A stretch of DNA of 64,000 nt, taken from Podospora anserina. Taxonomy: Eukaryota. Both the position numbers and the translations under genes were made by a program. The notes below the pieces were generated by a model. It searched no databases. It was not told where the DNA came from and saw only the letters and a program-made list of their open reading frames with translations. The stretch covers positions 1,798,001-1,862,000 of the forward strand of contig CM030332.1 of the NCBI GenBank assembly GCA_017654855.1, written 5' to 3'. Of the stretch, positions 1 through 11,384 are shown one piece after another. The first letter of the stretch is position 1. The number at the start of each line of letters is the position of its first letter.

Positions 1-1621
1 GGGCGATACGGCGTTTTTGGAGAAGGACTTCCCAACGGCGGTGTTCTGGTAGGTGTTTTTCTGGGATCGAGAAGAAGCAGAAGGGAAAGCTGACGAGAGG
101 AACAGCTACACCGAAGCTCTGGATTGTGCCGAGGATGAAGGATTCAAGCCATCAATCTACACCAAGCGCGCCGGGACAAGTCTAATTCTCGGCCGCTATG
201 ATTCCGCGAAGGAGGATGCTCTCGCCTCTCGAACGGGTACCACCACGGACTGGAAAGCATACTACACTGCTGGGAGAGCATGCTATGGGCTTTGCAACTA
301 CTCGGAATCGAAGGAATATCTTTCCAAGGCTCTCGAGCTCAACCCAACCAACCCAGCCATCAAGAAGGAGTACGAGCGGTGTCTCGCCAGGCTGCACGAG
401 GAGGAGACTGGCGACTACGACTTTGAAGCCATCTACAAGTCCCTCAGCCCAAAGAACGTTCACCTGGACTTGGGGTCTTTCACCCGCAACACAGAGGTAA
501 AGGCAAGCCCGCTCCACGGAAGAGGATTGTTCGCCACCAAGGATCTCGCACCCGGGGATCTTGTCTTTGCAGAAAAGGCCACCCTGATGCCCAACCAGTA
601 CGAGCCGATGAGGGCGTCGGCTGCGCTGTATGCTTTGACCGTCCGTCAACTGCTAGACAACCCATCACTGTGCAAGTCAGTACTCCAGCTCTACCCCGGC
701 GAGATGACCTACGAGCGAAACCCGCTCGAAGGCACCCTCGTAGATGGTGTTCCAGTCCTAGACGTCTTCGTCATCGAAGGCCTCCGCAACAAGAACTGCT
801 TCTCCGTGCCCCTGTCAACACTCGAAGACACCAGGCCAACCGCCCAAGAAGGTCGCCAAGCGAAAGGTCTCTGGGTCCACGCCAGCAACCTCAACCACGC
901 CTGCGTCCCCAACACCCTCCGATCGTTCCTCGGCGACATGCTGATCTCCCGTGCGACTCGACACATCAAGGCAGGCGAGGAAATCTTCCAGCAGTATGTC
1001 CCCGTCAAATCCCTCCCTGATGTCCGCAACGGGGTGTACAAAGACGGATGGGGTTTCGAGTGCTCGTGCACCCTGTGCGTCGCCGAGCTCAAGCAATCGT
1101 CGGAGGCTAGTCGAGAGAAGAGGAAGGATTTGCTCGCGCAGGTGGAGAAGATCTTGAACAAGAAGACGCCGAGGGCAAAGACGATTATTCCCGACGCGAC
1201 GATTCGATCGGTGGATAAGCTGATGAAGCAGTTGGAGGAGGCGCACGAGCCAGAGATTTACGGGCGATTGCCGAGACTGACGTTGATTTACGGGAGCAAT
1301 TGGTTGGTTGGGGCGTATAGGGGGAAGAAGAACTACTCCAAGACGATTAGATATGCGGTGAAGGTGCTGAGGAACTTTGGGTTTGAGATGCCGCAGGGGG
1401 CGGAGAGCCAGGACAAGGTGTGGGACCCGAGGCAGATGTTCTTTTCGGAGGAGTGGCATTCGTTGATGACGATTCATGTGGTGGTTGCCTTGAGGAGGTT
1501 GGCGGAGGCGTACAATGGGTTGGGGAAGAAGGAGATGGCTGAGAGGAGTGTGGAGGCGGCCGAGTTTGGCTATATGCTCGTTACTGGGTTCAAAAATGAC
1601 CTGAGCAATTTGGATAGGTAG
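1..1621 (+). CDS. TPR + SET domain (SMYD-like) lysine methyltransferase; 5' end lies outside the window
   Basis: Splicing GTAGGT(49)..AACAG(105) gives the TPR start GDTAFLEKDFPTAVFCYTEAL. Further TPRs (KAYYTAGRACYGL..ALELNPTN) follow, then SET motifs GRGLFATKDL, NHACVPN, IKAGEEIFQQY and post-SET WGFECSCTLC. Confidence 0.9.
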
Positions 1622-3654
1622 GGGTACTCTTTCTTGACTGCCCAGAAAGAATTTATCACAAGGGAGGGGGAGGACCTGAAAGGGAGACCGCATCGGGATG
1701 GGGGCTTGCCAGGGAACAGTGCAGAGCTTTGAAGGAAAAGGGAAGCAACGCATGTAAAGTAGACACTGGGCAATGGCACCAATTTCTTGTTCTTGTCTGC
1801 CTGGCCTTCCAAGGCTTCCTACGGGCCCGCAGGATGACAGACCACCTATCTCCTCAGGGCAAGGACAGTAGGTTTTCTGGCTCTGATAGGTGGGTGGAAG
1901 TGGATAGACAAGGGGTGGCATTCGGGACCTGCGGGTACACGGAGGATACTCCTCGCCATGCTCCGGCTTGGAGACTGGTGGGAGCCTTCCCAACGTGCCT
2001 AGAGCCGCTGGATCAAAAGACCAAACGCAGGCCCTTTTTGTTGCTTTCCCTTCTCCAGCTCTATTTCCTGTCCACTATTAACCCCTCCTAAAAGTCCACG
2101 CCAGATTTCTAGTCACAGCTCTGATGTCTTTCTGCCGCCGCCATGTTTATAACCCGGGCCCTTTATTCAACGTGTAAACTCAACTACCGGCCGTCTACCC
2201 ACGCATCAGATCTTTAGGCCAAACACGGTGCAGATGGACAACAGGGGCCCCAAGGTGTGTATTTGTCCTGTCACCTCTGCGTACGATGAGGTGCTTGTTC
2301 TACTCCTCGGGGTTCTAGTCCTTTCGTTGGAACATTTCCCAAATGCTCACTGTAGCAACGTCAGCAATGCTAACGCAATTGATTGACACCAGCTCCTCTA
2401 TCCAGTTTGGATCCAAGCACAACCCACAATCGGGAGACCAACCCACCGGAGCTCAAATCCAGCATTTGATCAAGACCAGATCGCCAGCAACCGGCTCACC
2501 CAGAGTACTTCCATCCTCTTCGACCAGCCACTAGCACGAGACAGCGATTGAGAGCTCCTGGTAGCAACACCATCTAGCCGTACTGGGATACTATCGGTCC
2601 CACCTTGGCGACCCGGTATTGGGGTACAGTGCTACCCTGATGATATTTTTTTGTGGCGTACTCGTCTTTCGAGGCCATCGCAAATGTGCTGGTGAAGCAG
2701 ATGCGTCCCTTATTCTTGCGCGTTTTTCCCATGGTAGGGGTGCTGGAGTTGTGGGGGGTAATGATGACTGGGACGCATGGTGTCGTGCCTTGGTGGTGAT
2801 GATGGTCTTGTTGTTGTTGCTGCTGTTGTTGTTGGAGTGTTGTTGTCGGTGGTGTAGGATGATGCACTGGGACGACATCGTGCCCTGCGCGTTTGTATTG
2901 TTCATGTCTTTTCTTTCTTTTTGGTTCTATTCTTTCATGTATTATCTATTTTCTTGGGTTCATTCTTTTTATGCATTATTCTTTTATTCCTTTCTTACTG
3001 TTATTTTTTCTTCACTTTTCTTAACATCTTTGAAGGGGTGTCTTATGGGAGGGTGAAAGGCGGGGATGGCCCCTCGGGGAGACCCATTCCAGGCGCTCTT
3101 CAGATGTTTCAACATCATTACCATGTATTTTATCCTGTATCGTTTTTAGGTACCCTTCAAAGGGGTTGAACAGTGTAGGTTACTTGATGCAGTTCTCTTT
3201 GAAAACATGGTTCCGCTTCGAATGTTGCTTCGTGATACCGGTAGGATTTCCAGATTTCAGTTCCTCGTTCCAAAATCCCGTGTACAAAGCAATTCTTGTG
3301 ACATTTCAGTTTTCAGTATACCGACATGTGTTGCGGGTCAAGGGATTAACTTCAAGGCTTCATAGGATACTTGATGATCAATGCCATGTATTTACACTTT
3401 TGTCTGTGAGAAAGCCCGAAGACGGAGGAGTAGATGACTGGCAGCCGCTGGCTCAAGCAAATCTAGATTGGTATCTTTGGGATGCACATGTCCCTCCGCT
3501 CTTCAGTCGAAACAATAGAATCAACACACAAAACGGCTGCCGTTGGTGAATGAAGCAGCCTCGCAACCTTCTCCCGTGATTGGGGCAGACTTTAGAAAAC
3601 CACGAGATCGGCCGGGCGGGAACTGTGTGGAACAGGTCAGCCCAAGGCAGCAGC

Positions 3655-4150
3655 GCCGAGGTGGCTTTACCTCAGCACGAGACGACATCAAGAAATGTTG
3701 AGGTAGGTACGTCTCCCTCCGCCTGATACGATATTGGGGGATCTCCAGGGGGCTCTGCCTCAGCACGAGACGACATGGAGAGCTGTTCGGGTTGCTCTGC
3801 CTGTGGATGGTAGGCCGGGCGTGCAAGAACCTGAGATGGAAAGGGCAGGAACGGTATGGCACAGGTGCGGACCGCTTGGTCCAAGCCAATGGTCTCCTGG
3901 CCCGAAGTGGTGAGGAAGCTCCGCCTCGGGATGAGACGATGCGGAGAGAGGTTGAGGTGGCTCTTCCTTAGCATGGGATGACATGGAGAGGTTGAGGTGG
4001 TTCTGCCTCGGGGTGATACGACATCAAGGGATGTTAGGGTGGTTCTGCCTTGGCATGACACGACATCAAAGAGAGATTGAGGTCGCTGTGCCTCAGCTTG
4101 ATACGACATGGAGAGGAGTTCAGGATTGCTCTCCTGGATGTGTCCCATTA
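3655..4150 (-). repeat. Degenerate ~39-42 bp tandem repeat encoding ~14-aa units (MSxHAEAEPPQPL) in a frameshifted relic ORF
   Basis: Recurring ctcagcacgagacgacat / gaggttgaggtggttctgcctc units. Minus-strand translations MSSRAEAEPP, MSSHAKEEPPQPL, MSYHPEAEPPQPL and MSYQAEAQRPQSL fall in different frames. Confidence 0.65.
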
Positions 4151-6728
4151 TTCTATGGCAGTTACGGCCAGAGCCAGAGGCGAGGATGAGGAGGTCCTTC
4201 CTATGTTTCTCCAGACCACAGGGGTACTGGTGAACGAGCGGTGTTCTTGCCTGGGAATGGAGACTTGCTTGGGCCAATGGAAAGGCGCTGCGGAACCTGG
4301 ACCGGAGCCACATGCTGGGTCAACTTGTGGTGGCGTTGTTGGGCAATAACTCTGAAGTACGGGGGCACAGTGTGGGAACAAAATGAATTACTCGTGGATG
4401 TTTTCCTCGGTTGGAAATCATTGTGTGCACATGAAAGGAGCATCTTTGAAATGTCTTGATGGAACTGATCCTATTGATGATTTCATGGCTGCCAACCTAG
4501 TGAGGTGAGCGAGCCAGGGGGCAAAGAAAGCCCAAATCGGCAGCCATGAAAGTGTGCCCAGGGCTGCCTGTTGGACGGCGGGATCCAGGTATCAACCTAG
4601 TTCCAGCAGTTCCCACTGCCTCGATTAAGTTCGGCGTTTGCCAGCTTCCTGCCCTTTCATGGAAAACTGACCGTGATACCATTCCACGACAAGGGGGTCC
4701 TTGGATTCCGTCCCCGGCCGCTTGCCATCAGTAGATCAAAGGAAAGAAAGGAGCTGAGCTCAGCTGCCTGAGCTCTTTGTTTCCTTCCGCTACTGCCGTT
4801 GAAATATCTCCTGTCCCCGGTCCCCGTGTCTTGTGGAGACCCTTCCGTAATTCCCTCGTCTCTCTTGCCCTAAAGCAAGGTGATAGAACCAAAAGGAGCT
4901 TGATCGATCGAAAGAACTCACTGTTCCAGTAATTACTTCCTGAATATGTGTCTCCCAGGGATTGTTCTGTCATTGAGGGATGTGTGCCTTCCAGCTTTTA
5001 TGACGCTAGACCTGTTTACCAAGGATGGAATGGCGTTTTGTGGCCATCCTGTGGATGGGACGGCTCACCAGCCTTGCATGGGGAGGTGTACCCGTTCTTT
5101 CCTTTCCGCCTATTTACCTATAGTCATTGGTTGTAGGCCGGTGGATAGGGGCGAAGACAGGTCTCGATTTAGCTGCCGGAGGGTTCCTCCTATGGCAGGC
5201 GCCGTGCTTTGGTTCGGTGAATCTTTGAGCCTACTGTCTCTCGTTCAACTTTCTGCTTCTCCCTCTTCCTTTTTCTTCTCCTTCTTCTCCTCCGTCTTCC
5301 TTGGGGTCATTCGGCCCGGCACGGGCACTGATCTCATCGAGAGATCAATCCGTCGTCTCCTCATTCCATTGCCTGGGGCGCAGACCTCCCGCCATTCCAC
5401 AACCACGTCTTATTCCATCAGATTCTGCGGGAGGCTGCGCCCCCAGGCGACTCTTCACAGATCTTGCGGGAAACTTACCACTGCATTTATATCGGCATTT
5501 TAATCGGTACGTGCCAATTCCTTTGGTTCACTCTCAACTCCTGCTTTTGTTCGGGCTGCTGATATTGAGACGTCACAGATATTCTTATCTCGATTGTATT
5601 TCGACTAGGTACATCATTCCTTCGACATACCCTTCTTGTGCTTTCAACATGTCTAACATTCATCTGTGTCAGATATCCATCTTATCCATCGCATCAGTAA
5701 CATTATCAACATTCTTATTCATCATTTTGCTGAGGAAGAGCCTTTGTTATGTCGCTTCCTGCAACATCGATCGCTGACATTGTTGGTAGGCATTTTTTGG
5801 CCAAGGGGCATGCAGCCCTATCGTATTGGGCTCCGCGGAGGTGGTCACATTTTGGCGATCAATGAAGGGGTCACACACCTATTTTCCATCAAACCACCGA
5901 CGTTGCTTTCCAGTAGACTGCCATCTTCATCATGTTACGGGAGTCTTGCAACTCTATCAGGCTGTCGGGCACTGGACTTTGCCGCTCTATGACATCCTCT
6001 TGAGCACTCGGCTTTCAACTAAGCCGACAACAATCGAGGGAAAGAACTTGAGGACATCTTGGCTTTCTGGGAACGATCACAACCGAGTCTCTTGAGCAGC
6101 GCTTGAGCACGAGATTCATTCGACAAGGTGGCAAGGTCTGGTTTCTTCCTTGGTACGGAGAGCTTTCGAGCATCGTTGAGAAGGAGGTAGGCGAGCATTG
6201 CCATGCACTTAGTTGCTGTCATGGCAATTTTCTCAGCATTTTGGTCCAGTCAATCGAGGCCACCCAAACAATGGTCAAGTTACCTACATTATCACTACTG
6301 GGGAGTTGGCTGCGTTCCCCTTCAAAATTCTTCGCTCTGGACATCATCCGCATGTGTCTGGTCGTGTGCGTGATCGATCTGCAAGACGAATTGGTTGACA
6401 AGCGATGCCCGGAGCGGACTGAAGGAGGGCTCAAACTCCATTAAGCTGGATTGGATCTGGGATTACAACCTGCCCTTACTGGCATAGAGCTTGGGACTTT
6501 TTCATCCAAGCTTGTGGGCTTTGAGATCCCAATGGCCTTTGGACCCGCCTGCAATTGGTGGACGACGACATCATTGAATTGAATTCTGCCACTTGCTCCT
6601 GCCGCTTTCTGGGAGCGTTACTGTTTTTTCCGCCAGAGTAAGGTAGCCTGGTGTTATTCACTTTGCGCGATCCTCTTCACGCAAATCTTTTCTCAACAAC
6701 AACCATCAAGCAGCGACGATCCAACACG

Positions 6729-7632
6729 ATGACCACCGACAACAGCGCCACCGTGCCGGCCTACCTGTCATACCTACGCCATCAGCCGTACTTGCCGCCC
6801 GCTCCACCGATCGACGAGAAAGTCGTGCCGGCTTACTGGGCGCATCAGTGCGCAGTCAGCGGCAAAGAAGAGTGGTGAGTCGCTCGCAACCTTCTCGCTG
6901 CCGCGACCAAAAGCCCACGCTCTACCTTGGAACATTTCTCTCGCCATGTCTACCAGAGGCTTATGAAGCTTCCATCGGCAACTCACATTACCCGGATGGA
7001 GTTACCTTGCTGACAAGTGTGTTTTGGCCAGGGACTTTTGGCACGGTGATCCGCACACCTGCAAACATGGGTGCGGCTACAAGACGAACCCCACCACGAT
7101 TCTGCGCAACAGAGACGGACAGCAGCTGGAGACCATTGAGGGCGAGAATTTGCTGGAGGATCGTTTCGTGGATTGGTGGGCGATCTGTTGCCGTTGCCAG
7201 CGGTGGCAGCAGAATGTATTGCCTGCGCATCCTCTTCATGGACGAATTCAAAAGGTCAATGGAGAAAACTGTTGCGATCACTGTCGCAACTTGACGACGA
7301 GCACCAGCGACTGCACAAGCTGTCTTGCAATCACCAAGTACCGCGAAGTCACGCGTACGTTGAGCGGGGTGGATATCCCTGGTGCCGCTCGAAGCCGGCA
7401 TCACCAGATCATAATCACGAGGCGCCAGCAATCCCGCCCGAGGTTCAATTTTGGGGGCGAATTGTCCGCCAGTTCGACGATTGGAGATGAAGAGAATAAG
7501 AATCAGAAGGGGGATCTGGAGGATATTGAGAAAACGAAGGAATGCCGAAACGATGAGGAGGAGAATGGGAAGAAGGAGCAGGGCAAGGAACGCAAGGGGG
7601 ATGATGAGAAGGTGTCACAAGCGTCTGGTTGA
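6729..7632 (+). CDS. Uncharacterised Cys-rich double zinc-ribbon-like protein (~248 aa, 1 intron), paralog A
   Basis: ATG 6729. Intron GTGAGT(6875)..GCTGAC..CAG(7031) joins KEEW|DFWHG in frame. Motifs HQC..CKHGC, CCRC, CCDHC, CTSC, then a charged tail. Clear similarity to the gene at 36798-37461. Confidence 0.8.
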
Positions 7633-8683
7633 GGGTCTTTGATAATGGGCAGGGCCATTGTGTGGCACTTGTTTGCCGAATCAGAGGAGGGAATTATGAT
7701 AGGGCCTTTTTCACTCAACTAAGGTGGTCCAAGTCATCACAACTGTCCTCTTCAGAACAGTTGATCGTCGGAACCAACAAGCAGAGGAGGACTGTCAGGC
7801 ATTGCATGGAGTTTTTGGCGTCACAAATAATCCGGATACCGAGAAGGGGATCGGGAATTTCGCATTAGATTCCTGAAATTTTCTCAATGAATCAGTCAAC
7901 TCTGCTTTTGAGGTAGATATGTTGCGTGCATACCTCATCTTGAATCGCTTACTCTGCGTTCATGTTGTTATGTCATCGAACCGCCCCCGTCGTTGCCCGT
8001 CGACAGGTTTGGACTCTGGAAGTAATGAAGTCAATTTTATGGGGAGGGGGAAATATCTTGCAGATGCATTTGAACTGTTGGTTGCACTGTGGACCGTTAA
8101 AACCCAATTGAAGTTGCTGGCGGTACTCCGACGCTAACTGTCGAGAACCACATGTTTCAGCAGACATCTGTACTATTTCATCAAGCCTTGAAGAATTGGG
8201 AATCCTCAAAAAACTGGGATTGGGCCATATAAAGTGTTAACTCCGTCCGAGTTCACCGCGATTGCCGACCATGACCTGGATCGCACTCGCCGGCACCTTC
8301 GGACTTCTCCAGTTCCCGTCGAACATCCGGAACCCGTTGTTTCGCTTTGCACATCGATACCAAGGGTCTTTTAATGGGTCTTCCGCGGAGCTGACACGGA
8401 AGTGACTTTGGTGGCGCATCGCCGACCGCACGCCTCCCTCGCTCTCCCATTCTGATGGTCGTTAAACTGACATCATTGCGAGAGGAAACATGGGTCACAT
8501 CAAGACGGCGAAAACCATGACAACTTTAGTTACATTGTCACAAGGAACTGAAAAGGAGACGCTATCGAGGGGGCACACTGCCACAAAAGTTATAATGAGC
8601 GTCTCGCCGAACTCCCCGATAGTCTTGTGTTTTTCCCGCATCTTCACCGGTGACCGGGCTCAACTTCCTTCGCCAGCCTTACC

Positions 8684-10285
8684 ATGAAGCTCACCTCGGG
8701 TTTGGCGCTTGTTGCCGCAACCTTCCGGCTTGCCTTGGCCTCTGAGCCAACCTTTGAGACTCTTGTTTCCAGGGAGATCAACCTTCTCCAGCGGACCGAG
8801 TACGACATCTGCCAGGCAGACTGCAATCTAGCCGGAGTTTCATTCCCTGACAAGAACACTCTTCAGCTACCACTTGAGGACTACTACTCTGAGAGATGTC
8901 CTGAGATTTTCCTTGGCAATTACGACAATCCCAAGGGGAAATCGACAGTCTGTCTTGATTTTGCTGGACCATATCTGACCTTCACCTTCAACCCATTTCC
9001 CGGCCACACCACCACATCTGCCCAGGTCACCTGGGGACTCAAGGGCAACCCTCTCTACCCAGCTGGATACAAACCACCACCACCCACAAGAGCTGTTCAG
9101 TGTACACCAGGGCAGGATGGCACTTTCCTGTGCAAGGTTCCTTTCAACGAGATTATTAATGCTTCCAGCCATGCCGAGATCAAACACCTTCTTGAGGGCA
9201 TGTGCCCCAACGGCGACGAAGCGGGCCTCACCCTCTATCTCCAATTCGCCGGAAGCGTTATTGTACCTGATTCACACGAACCGATTCATTTCCAACAACA
9301 GTTCCCCTGCAAGCCCGGCGGTCGTAACAAACACGGCATATGCACCTCCTACGACTGTGACTACGACTATTTCGAGATCACCTACCGTTGCAGCAAGTGC
9401 CTAGTTGCCCCTTGCCATGCAACATGCGATACGACACCTGCTTACGGCTATCAGAGCCCTCGAAACTCCCATGATCTCAACACACAGAAGGGCACAGATT
9501 GCAAGAGCAGCTGGGGTTGGTATGAGACGCCCAGTATTCACGACCTCAGAAGGGGCATACACGGCCATCTCTACATCCAAGAAAAGGGCAAGTACTACGA
9601 GAGGATTGGCAGCTGGGCTGCTACCATCAACGCCCTGAAGAAGCTGGACGTCAAGCTCAAGATTACACCTGGCCTGAAGTACGTCATTGAAAAAGTCAAC
9701 ATCAACCTCTCCTGCCTCCCCATCACGACCTGCAAATCGGATTCTTTCACGTACACCAAGGATGTGCTCGGAGGCCTTCAAGAGTACGACACGGACGGCA
9801 TCCACTACCCTGCGTGCGGCCGGCGCTCTAGGGTTTACTTGATCGTTTCGGCGGATGTTGGGAATCCTGAGAATCAAGACGGTGTATGCGAGCGTCCACA
9901 TCATGATGAGCCTTCCCACAATGGAAAGCCACACGACGACAAGCCGTCGCACAGCGATAAGCCTGCTCATGACGGTCAGCCCCACGACGGGAAGCCACAT
10001 GATGGAGGGTCGCCCAATGATAAGCCTCACCACGACCAGCCCTCTCACCACGGGCAGCCCTCTCACCACGGCGGGCTCCCTCACCACGGCGGGCTCCCTC
10101 ACCACGGCGGGCTCCCTCACCACGGCGGGCTCCCTCACCACGGCGGGCTCCCTCACCACGGCGGGCTCCCTCACCATGGCGGGCTCCCTCACCATGGCGG
10201 GCTCACTCACCACGAAGGGCCCCCTCACCACCACAAACTCCATGATGGCACACCTTCTCACGACAAGAAGCGTTCCCGTGATTAA
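8684..10285 (+). CDS. Secreted Cys-rich protein with a His-rich tandem-repeat C-terminus
   Basis: 533-aa ORF with signal peptide MKLTSGLALVAATFRLALA, many Cys, a PAYGY..WGWY-type extracellular domain and a (HHGGLP)n tail. Confidence 0.85.
   Translation: MKLTSGLALVAATFRLALASEPTFETLVSREINLLQRTEYDICQADCNLAGVSFPDKNTLQLPLEDYYSERCPEIFLGNYDNPKGKSTVCLDFAGPYLTFTFNPFPGHTTTSAQVTWGLKGNPLYPAGYKPPPPTRAVQCTPGQDGTFLCKVPFNEIINASSHAEIKHLLEGMCPNGDEAGLTLYLQFAGSVIVPDSHEPIHFQQQFPCKPGGRNKHGICTSYDCDYDYFEITYRCSKCLVAPCHATCDTTPAYGYQSPRNSHDLNTQKGTDCKSSWGWYETPSIHDLRRGIHGHLYIQEKGKYYERIGSWAATINALKKLDVKLKITPGLKYVIEKVNINLSCLPITTCKSDSFTYTKDVLGGLQEYDTDGIHYPACGRRSRVYLIVSADVGNPENQDGVCERPHHDEPSHNGKPHDDKPSHSDKPAHDGQPHDGKPHDGGSPNDKPHHDQPSHHGQPSHHGGLPHHGGLPHHGGLPHHGGLPHHGGLPHHGGLPHHGGLPHHGGLTHHEGPPHHHKLHDGTPSHDKKRSRD
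10028..10225 (+). repeat. 18-bp coding minisatellite (caccacggcgggctccct): 7 HHGGLP + 1 HHGGLT, flanked by variant units
   Basis: Units start at 10064, 10082 ... 10190, preceded by HHDQPS/HHGQPS and followed by HHEGPP. Confidence 0.95.
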
Positions 10286-11384
10286 AAGCCTGCCTCCGAC
10301 AAGAAAGCCTTTTGATGGCGAACCTGCCAAGGATAAACATGGCGGAAATTTGGGAGTGGTATCTTCAACTCGGTGTTGACATGGAAGGATGTATTCTTGG
10401 GAGTGGCTTAAAAGTTGAGGTTTTGGAAAAGTGATATTCCTGGGTCTGGGTCAAAAGTTGAGGTTTTGGAAAAATGACATTTCGGTTTTCTTCTCCCGGC
10501 AGAGTCTCTTATACATATCTGTCTTTTTTCTTTCTTTCTCCTCTTGGCACTGAACTTGGACCAACGGTCATTGTACAAACGCCCGCTAGGGAGATTGGAC
10601 ATTTGTATTTACCTTCTCCTCCTTCGTTTTGATCTGGGCTGGTCGTGGTATATAGAAGTCGAAAGTAAATATCTTGTGAAAATTCCATTTTGGACGTCTC
10701 TGCTCTGGCATGGTGGGATGTGACCATATTGGAATGAGTCGAACTCTGGAATGTCTCGGTTAAGCTGGACAGCTTTGTGTGGTACGATTTCCATTGCTGT
10801 TCAACAGAACCAGAATAAGGCAGTCTTACAAAGGGCTGGTGCAAACACACTTGAAATGCTGTGCCGACTCAGGCAAGTCTTCTCCGTTCCTGCATCTGGG
10901 TGCATCTGGGATCACCGAGGATTTGTATTGTTCCCAATATGATCCAGTACCTTATCGTCAGTCATACGGAAAGCCAAAAACGGCCTTTTCATTGTGCCTG
11001 TGTAGGCAGCGACGGTCTGTCTTTAACTGGGGCCAGAAACAGCTCCTACGTTGGGGCATAGGAAATCGCTGCCTCTACTAAAGCCATTGATGGCTTTCAA
11101 TTTGAATACACAGCAAGAACCCACGCTTTCAAATGCTCACACCACTATTGGTTGAGCTCTCGAGCACGATCTTGAACTACAGGTGGACGGCATCTGCCTC
11201 CAAAACTGGCTGCTACCTACTACACACAGTCACTTTCGGCGCCTGAGCTCCTTGCACGGAAACCCAGAGCTTGGCTTTGCAAGGCTACATTGCAACCTGG
11301 CAAAGGTAGATGCAGCATCACAAGGATCATATCCAGCATCTTTGCTTTCTGTTTAGCCAGAAACGGCACCTCAGGATTCTATTC

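Noticed and set aside
815-1993. Long antisense ORFs (815-1993; also 9401-10330, 44344-45204, 47444-48601)
   Set aside because: Shadows of GC-rich genes on the opposite strand, with no domain motifs.
2619-3056. Hydrophobic Leu/Phe-rich ORF resembling a membrane protein
   Set aside because: Product of a TTG microsatellite and T-rich low-complexity DNA.
10028-10225. Regular repeat array considered as CRISPR-like
   Set aside because: No spacers; it is an in-frame coding minisatellite in a eukaryotic gene.
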